From positions 310,001 to 374,000 of the forward strand of contig NC_043002.1 in the NCBI RefSeq assembly GCF_006345805.1: DNA of 64,000 nucleotides, read 5' to 3'. The position numbers and the translations under genes are program-made. The notes below the pieces were generated by a model, which was not told where the DNA came from, did not search any database, and saw nothing but the letters and a program-made list of their open reading frames with translations. The first letter of the stretch is position 1. Each line of letters begins with the position of its first letter. Positions 1 through 14,070 of the stretch are shown here, piece by piece. This DNA comes from Octopus sinensis (lineage: Eukaryota).

Positions 1-2712
1 TCTCGGTCATTCGTCATAGCCTCTGTGAGGCCCAATGTACAAAGGTCACGCTTGACCACCTCATCCCCTATCTTCCTGGGTCTACCTCTACCCCAGATTC
101 CTTCAACAGTTTGGGAGTGGCACTTCTTCACACATCTCTCCTCATCCATCTGTAGTACATGGCCATACCAATGCAAATGTCTCTCCTGCACGTCGCTTCC
201 AATGCTTCTTATGTCCAACATTTCTCTCGGGGCGCTTACACTATGTCGTGCATGGACACTGACATTACACATCGTGGATCATGCTAGCTTCATTTCTTTC
301 AAGTCTACGTATGTCCTCCGCAGTCACAGCCTATGTTTCACTGCCGTGGAGCATGGCAGTTTGCACACATACGTCATACAATCTACCTTTCACTCTGGGC
401 GGGAGACCCTTTGTCGCCAGCAGGGGAAGAAGCTTTCTAAACTTTGCCTAGACCTTTTCTACAGATCGAGCAGGGCCACCTACCTAAGGGTGTGTATGGT
501 GAGTTTGCCTTCCTACTTACTAGAACTTTGGTCTTTGCTACATTGACTCTATGGCCTTTTGATTCTAAACCTAGCTTCCACACCTGAAATTTATTCTATA
601 GTTCCGGTAGTGATTCTGCTACAACGGCTAGGTCATCAGCATAGAGGAGCTCCCAGGGGCAACCCGTCTTGAATTCTTCTGTTATTGCCTGGAGGACTAT
701 GATGAATAAAAGGGGACTGAGGGCTGAGCCATGGTGGACGCCAACTACTTCCCGGAATTCTTCACTGTACTCATTGCCAACCCTAACCTTACTAACAGCC
801 TCTCTGTAAGGGGCCTGTACAGCCCTTATTAACCATTCGTCAATCCCCAGTTTCCGCATCTCCTACTAGATAAGGGATTGGGGGACCCTGTCAAAGGCTT
901 TCTCTAAGTCCACAAAAGCCAAGTATAGGGGTTTTATCTTTGGCTAGGTGTTTCTCCTGCACTTTCTGTACCAGGAATATAGCATCAATGGTGCTTGTAC
1001 CTGGCACAAAACCGAACTGCATCTCATCTAAGCAGACTCTCTCCCTAATTAGTTCAGCTATGACCCTCTCCGTGACCTTCATCATCTGATCCAACAGTTT
1101 GATATCCCTGTAGTTATTTCTATCTAGAGCATCACCATTACCTTTGTAGCAGTTGACTATGGTGCTGCAATGCCAGTCATTGGGAATGACTCCATCATGA
1201 ACTACCTGGTTTACAGTACGGGTGACTAGACCATAACTCACACTGCCAGGTATTTTAAGCACCTCAGTGGTGATTCCTGATGGGCCGGGGGCTTTCTCGG
1301 TTTTCATATCTTCAATTGCTTTATCTACCAAGGAACTGTTGATTCGTGTAGCCAGTCCATCAATTGGGTCAACATTTGGCAGATTCTTCTCTTCCCATCC
1401 ATTCTCCACATTCAGCAGTCTGTCATAATGGCATTTCCACACCTCTTTCTTTGCAGAATCATTAAATGCAAGTGCACCATCATCCATTCGGACACATTTC
1501 TCTCCTGTGACATCACAATTTTCTCTCACACACTGTCTTGCTATCTTAAACACCTCAGTTCTTTGGTCATCACGTCACTGGACATTGGCAAACTTGTTCT
1601 TTTCCGCTTCGCTCTTGGCTATGTATACCTGCCACCCAGCCTCTCTTCTGGATATCTGGTACTGTTCCCTGCTACCCCCATCCTTCCAGGCTTTCCAGGC
1701 CTGTTTCTTTGCCCTAACGGTTTTGTCTACCGTACTATTCCACCATCACGTAACTCTAGGTCTGAAAGGGGCTTTGCACCAGCACAAACTAGGTTTGTGG
1801 CACTCAGCAAGCTGTCCCGTAGGAATTTCCAGTTACCTTCTATGTCCGATGTCTGTAGCTCCTCCACCCTCTCCTCCAATTTTTTGATGAGTATGTCTCT
1901 AAATCTCTAACCATGTGAAGGGTTCTTTAGCTTCCAAATCCTTCTTTTTTGATTGGTCTGCTTCTAGGTATCGTTCTGGCCGCAAGACTAAAGTCACTAA
2001 TGACTATCCTACGCTGGGGGGGGGGGTTACATTCTTCACCAGGGAGAGTCTTTGTATTTAAGAGCAACCCTGTGTCCCACTGTCTGGTGAGGATGAAATC
2101 AATCTGGCTAGCAGAGTCCCCCGATTGATAGGTTATAAGGTGGCTGTCTGGTTTCCTGAAGTTAGTGTTACAGATTAAAAGGTTATATGCATCACAGAAC
2201 TCCAGTAGCATAGTTCCCTCATCGTTTCGGAAGCCAATACCATGGCCACCGTGTACCCCAGTGAAGATACCTGCTTCCCACTCGACATGCCCATTAAAGT
2301 CTCTTGTCACAAAGATGAGGTCATTGCCACTCGTCTTTGCGGTAGCCTGTAGAAGGGTATCATAAAAGTGGTCCTGATCATTTGGTAGCCCCGCATGTGG
2401 GGCGTAGGCAGAGATAATTGTAGCTGTGCTATTCTGCAGGACTAGCCTAAGCTTAAGCACTCTTTCACATACCCTAACAACCTCTATAACCTTATCCACC
2501 CATTTCTCTGAAAGGAGTATGCCTACACCCCCTACACCATCCATGTTACCTTGCCAGAAGTACAAACTTGCCTCTGAGGACCCTAGCTGAAGCTCCTCTC
2601 CATCTTACCTCCTGTATGTAGCATACATCAACCCATCTCCTTTCAAGCATCTCTACAATCTCGCTAGATCTACCCTTCTTTGTGCCAACATTGACAGTGC
2701 CAACTATGAAAA
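1..2712 (-). mobile_element. RTE-clade LINE, decayed (APE endonuclease + RT, frameshifts, internal deletion near 450)
   Basis: VGTVNVGT..IQEVRWRG, ISAYAPH and SQIDFIL (APE) at 1927-2712; KAPGPSG, QFGFVPG and LLYADDL (RT) at 596-1553. Confidence 0.92.
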
Positions 2713-3069
2713 CTGGGAAGGGAATGTGGGGTGAGGTTTGGGAAGGAGGGATGTTAATCAGCGCCTGAAAAGAAGAGAGTTGTTGTGATGGTGTTCGTTT
2801 GTTAAGCATAATTCATCTGTTCTCTCTTCCAACCTGACAACATTCAAGTATTCAGGCATGTTAAGATTGTTGCTCCCACTGGGGGTAGTAGCGGGTGTTA
2901 ACGTTGTAAGCATAAGCATTATGGTCATTGAATGATGCAGATTCAAGCGGTGTAGCAAAATAGCAAAATATAGATATTCCAATGTTAGGTTAGGAGGGTG
3001 TCAGCTGAAACGGGTTGCAGGAGTAATGGAGGGTTCAGACAGAGAGGAAACAAGCTCATTCCTATGTAT

Positions 3070-3470
3070 ACATCATCATCATCGTTTAACGTCCGTTTTC
3101 CATGCTAGCATGGGTTGGACGGTTCAACTGGGGTCTGGGAAGCCAGGAGGCTGCACCAGGCGCCAGTCTGATCTGGCAGTGTTTCTACAGCTGGATGCCC
3201 TTCCTAACGCCAACCACTCCGTGAGTGTAGTGGGTGCTTTTTAAGTGCCATCGGCGCAGGTGCCAAGGGAGGCTGGCAACGGCCATGATCAGTTGGTGCT
3301 TTTTATGTGCCACCGGCACGGAAGCCAGTCAAAGCAGCGCTGGCATCGGCCACATTCGGATGGTGCTTTTTACGTGCCACTGGCACAGGTATCACAACTA
3401 CAATTTCCATTTGATTTTTTGATGTTGATGTACTTGACTCAATAGGTCTCCTCAAGCACAGCAAGTCACC
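3070..3470 (-). mobile_element. RTE LINE 3'UTR fragment with (GAT)n tail
   Basis: Same 3'UTR as follows the RTE ORF at 24908-25580 (ggcgttaggaagggcatccagctgtagaaa...ggacgttaaacgatgatg). Confidence 0.8.
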
Positions 3471-3594
3471 CTAAGCATATATATATATGCGTTAAAGACT
3501 TGTTTTATTTATATTTCCTGAGCGCCATACTAATACAATTGTTTGTTTGTTTCCCACCTGCCTTCGTCTTTTGTCTATTTTCATAAAGCTTCCC

Positions 3595-3833
3595 GTTATA
3601 TATATATGTATGTGTGTGTATATGTTTGTGTGTCTGTGTTTGTCCCACCAACATCGCTTGACAACTGATGCTGGTGTGTTCACGTGCCCATAACTTAATG
3701 GTTTTCGGCAAAAGAGAGCGATAAAATAAGTACTAAGCTTACAAAGAATAAGTCCTGGGGTCGATTTGCTCGACTAAAGGTGGTGCTCCAGCATGGCCAC
3801 AGTCAAATGACTGAAACAAGTAAAAGAGTAAAG
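3595..3833 (+). mobile_element. tRNA-derived SINE (octopus-type), 3' half
   Basis: Matches the 3' half of the full copies at 18189-18610 and 22001-22400. Confidence 0.8.
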
Positions 3834-3947
3834 ACTTGATCTTGAGGCTACTATGATAGTCATTCTAAGATGCTGAATGTAACTGAAGCACAATGTAGAC
3901 AAGAAACAAACCATACAGCCCCATTAAAAGAATATTTTGACAGCTAT

Positions 3948-4380
3948 TTCCTTTCAAGTGTTGGGCCACACAGAGGCAAAGTGGCTGAGGTCCTCTCGAG
4001 CATTGGGCCTGACGGAGACTAAGTGGCTGAGTTTCTTTCAAGCATTAGGCCTCACAAAGGCAAAGTGGTTGAGTTCCTTTCGAGTATTGGGCTTCACAGA
4101 GGCAATGACCAAGACCTTTGCCATTGTGTTGTGCTTGAGAAAAAGACTCATCAAGCTGAGCAAAACTGCAGTCATGGCAGATACTGGTGTCATGCAAATT
4201 GGCACGTAAACATACTCCGGTGTCATGCAAATGGTACATAAAAGCACCCATTATACTCTCAGAGTAGTTGGTGTTAGGAAAGGCATCCAGCCATAGAAAA
4301 CCATGCCGAATCAGACTGGAGTCTGATGCAGCCTTCCAGCATGGACAACGGACATTAAATGATGATGATGATGATGATGA
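3948..4380 (+). mobile_element. RTE 3' end preceded by ~4 tandem copies of a ~41-bp unit
   Basis: ttcctttcragyattgggcctcacagaggcaaagtggctgag-like unit repeated at 3948-4105, then RTE 3'UTR and (GAT)n. Confidence 0.65.
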
Positions 4381-5574
4381 GTCGGCAACTTTTCTTATAG
4401 TTGCAGTTGTTTGCACAGATACAGTGAAATGGTCTGACAGAGCAAATTATTATAACCATGCCGTTCTATTGCAATGGCTGAAATAACTTTAAATATGTTG
4501 ATTGCTGATTCATACCTACCCAAAAGACTGAGGTGGTTACCCTCCCTCAAAGCAGGATATTACAATGCAATCATCTTATAGTATGACACCATCTACAACA
4601 AAGAGATTCCTTTTCAGAAATTGCACATTATAATCCTCTCTTTATACAGACTGTGATGGCACTTATTTTCTGTATGTTAAATCGGTATCAAATGATAACC
4701 AAATGTAAAATAGTTTTACTAAAACTTTTGAGACAGAGTGTTTAGTAAATTTGTTAAAACCACACAAATGTCATGACAACACAAGACTATGAAATCTTGG
4801 TGAACTATTTAAAAACAAACAAACAAAAAGAAATAACTAATTCATGTTTATAGTATGATTGAAGTTATTTCCCACTATGCTGTTAAATTTGTTTTATTAG
4901 TGAGGCTAATTTTACATTATTACAACCACTAATCCTAACCCAATCATCATCCAGTCGACCAGAGTTGTAGTGAATAGGTGGCTGTAATTCCATTCAGCTC
5001 TGATCCAGTACACCTTTGATTAAGTGTTTCCCTGTTTTGTTCTTGTTCTATGCATCAAGGACTGAGCTACCTAATGTGCCGTTCCATTTTAAAATGTCAC
5101 TGTCAAAATTGAGGGAGGTTTTGCTGCTATTTCTAATGAGTTAAATGAGGAATGTAATACCTAAGCTAAATCAGAATGGATGGCTGAAACCTCAACAAGA
5201 TCTTTAGTATTGTTTCTCAGCATATTAAAACAAACTTCATAACAACAATTATTATTAATCTTATAATGTAAACATTAGAAAAATATTTTCATACAGATAT
5301 TTTAATTGTAATTATTAAAAATAGTCTTAAGATATTTGGCTTATTTTCAAATTGATGCATGGTCTTATTCTGAACATGAAAACTGATCTTCAACAAATAG
5401 AAAACAATATCCAGTTATAAATAGATAGTTATAATATAGTTTTACAGTTACAAAAATTAAAAATTTATTTAAGCAATTATATTTTCTTTAATTAAAAAAA
5501 ATGTCAATAACATTTCATTTTAAATACTAAAAGTACTTTCAAATACTTTTATTTCATAAACTCTTCAAATAGGT

Positions 5575-5997
5575 TAAATTAACCCTAACTCATAACCCCA
5601 ACTCTAAACCCAATTCCATACCGTATTACCTAACCCTAATCCCTGACTTCTAACTTTACCTATATACTCTATCGTAAAACCTAGTGTATCCATCAGTGTC
5701 TCCTCTACCCTACCTCTAAACATAATTCTTAACCCCATAATTCATAAACTCAACCCCTAACTTTCAACACCTGTAATTCTAAACCTCACCATAACTCTGA
5801 CCTCGCCCCCAACCACAAAGACCTAAACTAACACCCTATGCTACACTGACCCCTATTCCAACTCCTAATTCTAACCTCTTAAACCTTAGCAGTAACCACT
5901 AACTTCTTTAACCATAACACCCATTAAACACTAACCCACAACCCTGATCTTAGACTCTGACCCTAACTCTAATGCCTAATACCCAACCTCAACCCAA
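5575..5997. repeat. Degenerate (CCCTAA/TAACCC)-like hexamer tract
   Basis: Recurrent aaccct/ctaacc/actcta with ~6-bp periodicity. Confidence 0.55.
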
Positions 5998-6245
5998 ATA
6001 AAGATTATTTACTTTTGAGAATTGTGTGTTTGGTATTGTAGCAACAAGACATAAAAACGTCAACAAAAATTGAAACTCAAATTTCTTTTGTGTTGACCAA
6101 ACTCTTATTAAATTTATAGTCATCTTTTAATTGACCTGCTAGTTTGGTGTTGCAAGTCACCTTGCAAATTACAATCATGTAAAATTAGTAAGCAACTATC
6201 ATTATTAAATAAAAACCACAAAAAAAAAAAGAAAGAAATTAAACA

Positions 6246-6612
6246 GGCGTGGCTGTGAGACAAGAAGCTAGCTTCTAACCACATGGTTTCAGGTTCAGTC
6301 CCACTATGTGGCATGCCAACCAAAGCCTTGTTAGTGGATTTGGTAGATGGAAACTGAAAGAAGCCCACCATATATAAATATATATGTGCATATCTATGTG
6401 TGTGTCTGCCTGTCTTTGTCCCTTACCAGTGCTTGACGACTGGTGGTAATGTGTTTAAATCACCATAACTTGGCGGTTCAGCAAAAGAGACTGTTAGAAT
6501 AAGTACTAGGCTTCAGAAAATAATTCCTAGGGTCATTAAGTTCGACTAAAAACCCTTCAAGGCAGTGCCCCAGTATGGCCACAGTCAACTGACTGAAACA
6601 AATAAAAGAGAA
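6246..6612 (+). mobile_element. tRNA-derived SINE, diverged copy
   Basis: A-box-like tggctgtgag, B-box ggttcagtccc, internal (TA)/(TG), 3' gactgaaacaaataaaag. Confidence 0.8.
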
Positions 6613-7202
6613 CAATAAATATGATTACTTTGGGTGTCTGTTTCAATATGAGGTTTCTATTGTTTACGTAATGCTTCAAATATCTGATGCAATGTTTAAA
6701 AGTTAAAAGTCCTGCAAATATACGAACTCTGATTTATTTTTTTTAGTTTTGATTGTTTTAATAGCTGCTTTGTCTTAGCATTAAGCTCTTTTACAGTTTT
6801 TGTCGAATCTTTGCCATTTTCAAAGGCAGTATGACTCTCCAGGCACCATAAAAAAATTAATTTTAACTTAACTGTTCAGAAAGAGTGCAGTATATCTTAC
6901 TATTGATGAAGTGAAATGAAAGTATTGAAAAACTGAAACTAAAACAATGACGTTAGTATAGCTAGACTAATGAATAATGATTGATCTCTCCTGATGTCAC
7001 AATAACTGCACAAGCTAGTCATTGAGGATGAACAACTGACCATCGACTGACCAAGCTGCTACTTTCACATCTTGTAGCAGTGAGCCAGGAATACCACTCT
7101 CTTCCTTTACCTCTTAGAGGTTTTCTACTTTGATGTCAATCAATATTGCACAATTTTACAATATTACTGCTGCTAATGAATATTTTACAATTTAATTCTG
7201 TA

Positions 7203-7915
7203 CCATCATCATCATTTAACGTCTGTTGTCCATACTGGCATGGGTTGGATGGTTTGACCAGAGCTGGCCAACTGGGAAGCTGCACCAGACTCCAGTCTGA
7301 TATGGCATGGTTTCTATGGCTGGATACCCTTCCTAATACCATCCACTTCACAGAGGGTGCCAAGTGCTTTTACACAGCACAGTATGGGTGCTTTTGCACG
7401 GCACCGCAGAGGTGCTTGTACATGGCACTGTATGGGCTCAGTTATGTGGGACTGCCACCAGAACAGGTCCTAATACTTCTGTTGTGGAATATGGGTCTTC
7501 TTGAGTACAGCCAGGTGTCATGCTTCCTGCTCCTTTGTCATCTTACCTGAATAGTTCAGTGTCCTGAGATCATTCTTCAGTATTTCATCCAATGTCTTCC
7601 TAAGTCTCTCACTTCCACTCTGAGAGACCAGCACTTCTTTACGGAGCTGTTGGCATCCACATGACCAAACCAGCACAGTCTTCTTTCTTGTACACAGCAT
7701 CTAATTCTTCTTATGCCCAACATCTCTCTCAAAACACTAGGGCTCTATCAAACAGGTATACTTACATTATACATTCTAGCAAAGCATACTAGCCTCATTC
7801 TTTTCTAACCTTTGCATGTCCTCTGCATTCAGGGCCGATGTTTCACTACCAAGGAGAATTGCTGTCTGTATACATGCATCATACAATCTTCCTTTCACTC
7901 GGAGAGAGAAACCTA
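7203..7915 (-). mobile_element. RTE LINE 3' fragment, old
   Basis: Degenerate RT C-terminus (VKGRLYDAC..SET) plus 3'UTR and (GAT)n. Confidence 0.7.
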
Positions 7916-8109
7916 GTGTCCATGCCACAAAGTACATTTTGTACCTTCTACAATGGAGCTGGCATTAAGCCACAGAAAGCAGACATTGAAGCATGATGCA
8001 GTCTTCTGATTTGCCAGCTCCTGTCAATCAAATCCTCTAACCTATTCCAGCATGAGAAAAGAGAGTTAAATGATGATGATGATGAGGTGATATATATATG
8101 CGTATATAT

Positions 8110-8225
8110 ATATCTATACAATAATATGTTACATTACTCGGTAATGTAACATTATTGTATAGATAAATTTCCTCTATTTACATAATATTGAGGTCTCTTT
8201 CTTTCTTTTGTTATCTTACCGTTTT
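8110..8225. repeat. Short palindrome plus terminal sequence shared with the hammerhead-bearing element at 23867-24110
   Basis: tatctatacaataatatgttacattac-tcg-gtaatgtaacattattgtatagata, then aaatttcctctattt..aggtctc..cttttgtt as at 24061-24110. Confidence 0.55.
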
Positions 8226-8252
8226 ATCAATATATATATATATATATATATA

Positions 8253-11200
8253 TGGTCAGGTCACTTTCGAGTGCTACTGGTAACATATAACCCAGTACAA
8301 TCTGTTGCATGGTCGGGTCGTTGGCAACTAAACCGGCAACCCCACCAAGCTTGCTTGGTGAGGAGGGTGTTTACTGGACACCCTGCGGGATGAAAAACAA
8401 AACCCGTCAAAGGGCGGAGGAACTCTTGAGAGTCAATGGCCATCCAATAAATGTCTTAAGGCTGTAATCATGTGTGGGGACATAGAAATAATCGGACTGA
8501 ATACCCGATCGTGCGGTTAAACCATTGGGAGTGAAGGACTCCTAACCTTTGTTAGGGCATCCTTCTAAGAGAAGGTAACTGGGATAACTCCGACATAAAA
8601 GCTGCAGCCCAGTGGTTACCGATGATGTTGACTTGTTCTTCTTTTTGGATTATGGCTGCTGTTGCTTAATGAGTGGGATTGACTCAGTGCACAGCCTTTC
8701 CTCACTTAAAAAAAAAATCTTCTTGCACAGGCATTGCACGATAACAACATTGATTGATTGATTAAATTGATTAACTAATTTATGATTGTTGATGGCGCTG
8801 TGAGTCTCAACTGAATGGCTGGCTGTAGCCTTAAAAAGCAAAAAATCAATGATGTACCAAAACAGTATAAAAATAAATGGCAGTAGGGACTCTGGAACCA
8901 CATCAGCTGAAAGAGTTTGGCCCAGCAGGGGCTCCAGAGCATCACAGTCTGAACCCGGCCGTCATCATGCTACTGTGATAGAACCAAAGAAAATATTGAA
9001 TATTGGCTGTTGGAATGTACGGACACTGCTTGACCGCAAGTCCTCTGAGTGTCCTGAAACAAGGACTGCGCTTGTTGCGAAGGAGCTTCAACACTATGAT
9101 CTTGACATCGTTGCTTTATCGGAGACGAGATTACCTGGAGATGGTCATCTTACAGAATCTTGTGGAAAATATACATTCTTTTGGAACGGGAAGAATGAAG
9201 AGTTTAGAGAAGCTGAGGTGACATTTGCTGTTAAGACTACACTCGTGGACAAGTTGGAAGAATTCCCAATCAGAATTAACAAGCGTCTTATGTCCATGAG
9301 AATTCCTTTGGTTAAAGGAAATTATATGACCTTGGTGAGTGTGTATGCTCCAACTATGTGCTATACTGATGAGGAAAAACTTTCTTTCTACCATGCTTTG
9401 AAGGGCATTATAAGAAATATTCCTCGGGCAGACAAAGTCATCATACTGGGTGACTTTAATGCTAGAGTGGGTAGGGATTTTAACACAGGGACTGTAATTG
9501 GAAAGCATGGGGTGGGAAGTGTAATAGTAATGGCATGCTTTTGCTGCAGATGTGTGAGGAGCTGCGTCTGTGTGTTACCAATACCATGTTTCAACAAAAG
9601 ACTACATGGATGCACCCAGCATCTAAAGAATGGCATATTCTGGATTACATCCTTGTTAGGGTGTGTGACAGACAGGATGTGCAGTGTGTTCGTGTTCTTT
9701 GTGGAGCTGAGTGTTGGACTGACCACCACCTAGTACGTGCAAAGGTGAAATTAGTCACAAAACATAAAATCCGAGCTGCAGGGATTACCCTGCCTAAAAG
9801 ACTGAAAGTTGATTGTCTTAGGTATAATAGTGTGAAGAGAACTTTACGAGAGGAAATGAATGCTGCAGATATTGGGGAGGATCGGCCAACCCTTAAAAAG
9901 TCAGTTTATGATATTGGCAAGAAAGTTCTGGGATTGATACAAAGAAAGCATCAAGATTGGTTTAAAGAAAATGATGAACATATAAATGATTTATTGGCTG
10001 ATAAAAGACGTACTTTGTCACGCTATTTGTCAGCAAAGCCACAAGAAAGGGAAGTGTTGCATAGGGAACTCAAGGACGTAAAATCACGTGTGAGGCAAAG
10101 GCTCTCTCAGATGAGGGATACGTGGAGAAAGAAGGCTGATGAGATACAGGCGGCATGAGATTCCAATAACACAAAGCTGTTGTATGGTCTCTTGCGAGAA
10201 GTTTATGGACCGATGTCTTCCTTGATGACACCACTTCAAAGCAGGGATGGTAAAGAACTTCTTCGGGATTCACAAGGAATTCTGCGAAGGTGGCAAGAAC
10301 ACTTTGATGAACTTTTGAATCAGCAGTCTGTAGTTAGTGAAGATGTTCTCAATCTCATCCCTGGATTACCCGTAAAGGCAGCACTCGCAGAACCACCAAA
10401 GTTGGAAGAAGTTGCAGTGGCTGTCTCAAGGTTGAATAATGGGAAGTCTCTGGGTATGGATGGCATACATGCGGAGTTGTTACAGCATGGTGGTGAGAAA
10501 CTTCTGCAGAAACTTCACTCTTTGTTTGGTAAGCTATGGACTAGTGAATCTGTACCTGAGGACTGGAGAGATACAGTGGTCCTGTATAAGGGAAAGGGCA
10601 ACAGGAATGATTGTGGTAATTATAGAGGAGTATCACTGCTGTCTGTCATAAGAAACATTTTATGCAGGGTACTTCTGGATCGTCTGCTGAAATACGTTGC
10701 AGATTGTGTTCTTCCAGAAAGTCAATCTGGCTTTCGTGTGGGACGTGGCACTGCTGATATGATCTTTTCAGCTAGACAGCTTCAGGAGAAGTGTGTGGAA
10801 CAGGGTCTGGATTTGTATCACGTTTTTGTCAATCTGACAAAAGCCTTTGATACTGTCAATAGAATAGCATTGTGGAAAGTCCTTCAGAAACTTGGGTGTC
10901 CTGAAAAGTTCCTTGCTTTGGTTAGGTCTTTTCATGAAGACATGAATGGTAGGGTGAATGTTAGAGGGAAAATGTCGGAGCCCATTTCAATACAAAATGG
11001 AGTGAAACAGGGGGATATTCTGGCACTGACCCTATTTTCCATATATTTTGTGATGGTGTTCTGTATTGCATTCAGAAACTGCAGATATAGTGTTTACATC
11101 CATTATCGAACCTCTGGCAGCATATTTGATATCAGGCGCTTTGCTGCGAAAACAAAGGTATTTACCTCTATCATGAGAAACCTTTTGTATGCAGATGATT

Positions 11201-12433
11201 GTGAGCTAGTAGCACACACAGAGATTGATATGCAACACATTTTGAATGCATTCTCTGATGCTTGCACTGCCTTAGGATTGACAGTCAATCTCAAGAAAAC
11301 TGTTGTCATGCATCAACCTGCCCCTGGTAAGCAGTATAGTGTACCAAATATCTATGTGTATGGTAAACGGCTGTTGATCAATTTGTCTACCTGGGAAGCA
11401 CTATTAATAGATATAGCAATTTGGATGATGAAATTCCTTATAGAATTAAGAAAGCAAGTGTTGCTTTCGGAAGGCTAGAAAAGCGCCTCTGGAGTCGGCA
11501 AGACATATGCAGAAATATGCAGACATATGCAGATAAAGGTGTACAAGGCATGTGTGCTCCCTTCTCTTCTCTATGCCTGCGAGACGTGGGTCACATATCA
11601 ATACCACCTTAAACAACTGGGACGTTTCCATCAGATGTGTCTCAGACGGATCTATAGCATTAAGTGGAAGGACCGCATCAGTGATCTTGAAATATTGGAA
11701 GGCTTTTGGTGTGAAAGTATAGAAGCTCTTGTGTTAAAGCAAAGGCTCAGATAGAGTGGTCATCTGGTCAGGATGAAGGATTCAAGGATGCCAAAACAAC
11801 TCTTTTATGGAGAGTTAGCTAAAGGAGAACGACCTCCACATCAACCAAAAAAGAGGTATAAGGACTTGCTGAAGGCTTCCTTAAGAGATGCTTGCATCTC
11901 TCCTGACACATGGGAAGGCATAGCTATTGATCATAACAGGTGGAGAAGGATTGTGCACGAGGGGACAGCCACTTTTGAGAAATCTCGAGTTGCACATGAG
12001 AAAGTAAGGAGGGATGTCAGGAAGGGCATCACTGTTACACTTCCAGATGGGAAGGGTCTTCCTATGATGCTGACATGCAGTGTCTGTGCAAGACCCTGCC
12101 TCAGTAAAGCTGGACTCAAGAGTCATCTTCATAGTCATAAAGTGAGACAGACGAGTGACAACCTGGCCACTGGTGTAACACACCATACTAATCATATCTG
12201 TCGGGCATGTGGAAGAGAGTGTAATTTGGCAGGAGGACTTAAACGACATGCAAAGGTACATGAAGCCCAGTTACAACTATAGCCGGCTATTACCGGTAAA
12301 GGTTTTAGTTGCCAATTCTGTACAAGACAATGTAGCTCTTTGGCTGGGCTAAAAAGTCACATTCGATCACAGCACCAATAACAGTTAAGCTTCGTGCAAT
12401 GGCCATACTCGATAACGAGGGGCAACCATAATA
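8253..12433 (+). mobile_element. Near full-length RTE (BovB/RTE-like) LINE with APE, RT and three C-terminal C2H2 fingers; disrupted by frameshifts and stops
   Basis: IGCWNVRTL, ALSETR, VYAPT, LGDFNARVG, TDHHLV; ESQSGFR, GVKQGDIL, LLYADDC; CSVC..HLHSH, CRAC..HAKVH, CQFC..HIRSQH; (TA)n on both flanks. Confidence 0.95.
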
Positions 12434-12451
12434 AATATATATATATATATA

Positions 12452-13446
12452 CAGTAGTGGCCATAATATAAGGATCTGTAAGAACAAGTGTATTGAAATA
12501 GTTATCATAGAAGATTAACAACATGTTGAGACTAGATATTTGACACAAATTTAGATATATCTAATATCTATCTTTTGTGAAAATTTCAAGTGAATGGAAT
12601 ATTTCGTAAGTTATGAGAAAATAAACAATCTTCCAAATTGCTGCAGCCAATTTCTAGCAAAATGGAGAAAGATTGTTCCATTCGTTTTTTAATAATTCCC
12701 AGAGTTCATTTTGGTTCTTTAGATTTCTCCCTCACACCCCATCTCCAATAATCTTTCACATGTTTTCTATAGGGTGGTTATCAGAAAGTTGAGGTGGCCA
12801 GTCCATAAGATCAACCCCTTCATCACTCAATCTTTGACTCTCTTTGTAGTGTGACAGGGAGCGTTGTCCTGCTTAAAGATAGGAGGTTGAACTGATGAAG
12901 ATCAGAGATGTAGAAGTGCATGCTATCGTAGGAATCTGATTGTAGATTTCAGCATTGACAATCACTTGTAGGTGAATTGTAGCTACAATTCATTGCACAA
13001 CACTTCTAGACCTTCCTACAGTAGTTGCTATCACAAAATTTGACTTGCCCTCTTGGTGAAGGCATACAATCCATTGTTTTCCATCACAGGACACCAGTCA
13101 TCTCTCACAAGCTGCTATGTTGACAGGTGAATGTTCCAATAATGTAAGATCATAAAAAGTAACTATTAGCCCGTTAACAGTCTTCTAAACAACAAATGCC
13201 TTGGTCAGTAGTTCAATTTTTCTAAGTGACCCTTAACTTTTGGCTGCTGCAATTTGGAAGACTGCTTGTTTATTTCCTCATAACTTACGAAATATTTCTT
13301 CTATTCATTTGAAATTTTCACAAAAGTTAGATATTTGATATATCTAAATATGTGTAAAATATTTTATCTCAATGTGTTGTTAATCTTCTATAATAACTAT
13401 TTCAATACACCTTTTCTTACTGACCCTTATATCATGGCCACTACTG
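12452..13446 (-). mobile_element. Tc1-family DNA transposon, internally deleted, ~200-bp TIRs
   Basis: TA|CAGTAGTGGCCAT...ATGGCCACTACTG|TA; long TIRs 12452-12650 and 13240-13446; transposase remnant FKQDNAPCH...DWPPQ..PIEN at 12760-12880. Confidence 0.9.
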
Positions 13447-14070
13447 TATATAAAATTTATAACATGTGAAACAGATACCAGATCTTCAGAGAATTTTACC
13501 AGAAATATCTAGGAAAAATTTATTTCCCATTCACTTAAAGCTGGCCCTTACAAATACTTTAAGAAGCCTTGGATTTTTATTTTTGCTTTGTTTCCCATAA
13601 ATGCATTATACATAGAAAATTGCAAAAAACAAATAATGTTTTTATTAACTAATATGTCATTATAAAATATGAGTTTATGAAAGAAGTATTTCTCCTACAA
13701 AAACTATCTGATGACCAATGTTTTGAAGACATAATGAGATTATGTATCTTTTATTTGGAATATTAGCTGTAACATCTTTTGCATTTCCACATTTTATGAT
13801 GGGTTGATGAAGAATCGTCAAATTGATGCAGTATTGCAGCATCAGATAGGTACAGCCTATGCTGATCAATGTCTGACCCAAATTTCTCATGGTGTTGCTT
13901 CCTACAGGAGCTCTGATGCTTTAACTTACAAGCTTTTCTTATATACTTATCTACTTTGTAGCTGTTGTTGCTGTGTTTCTGCCCCTGAGCTGCATCAAAA
14001 TTGTGTGTTTGATGCTTAACAGTATCAAAATCATAATGATTCTGACAATAATTCTGATCATATATCAGAA

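Noticed and set aside
25-546. Plus-strand 173-aa ORF and similar ORFs opposite RTE copies
   Set aside because: Antisense frames of LINE sequence
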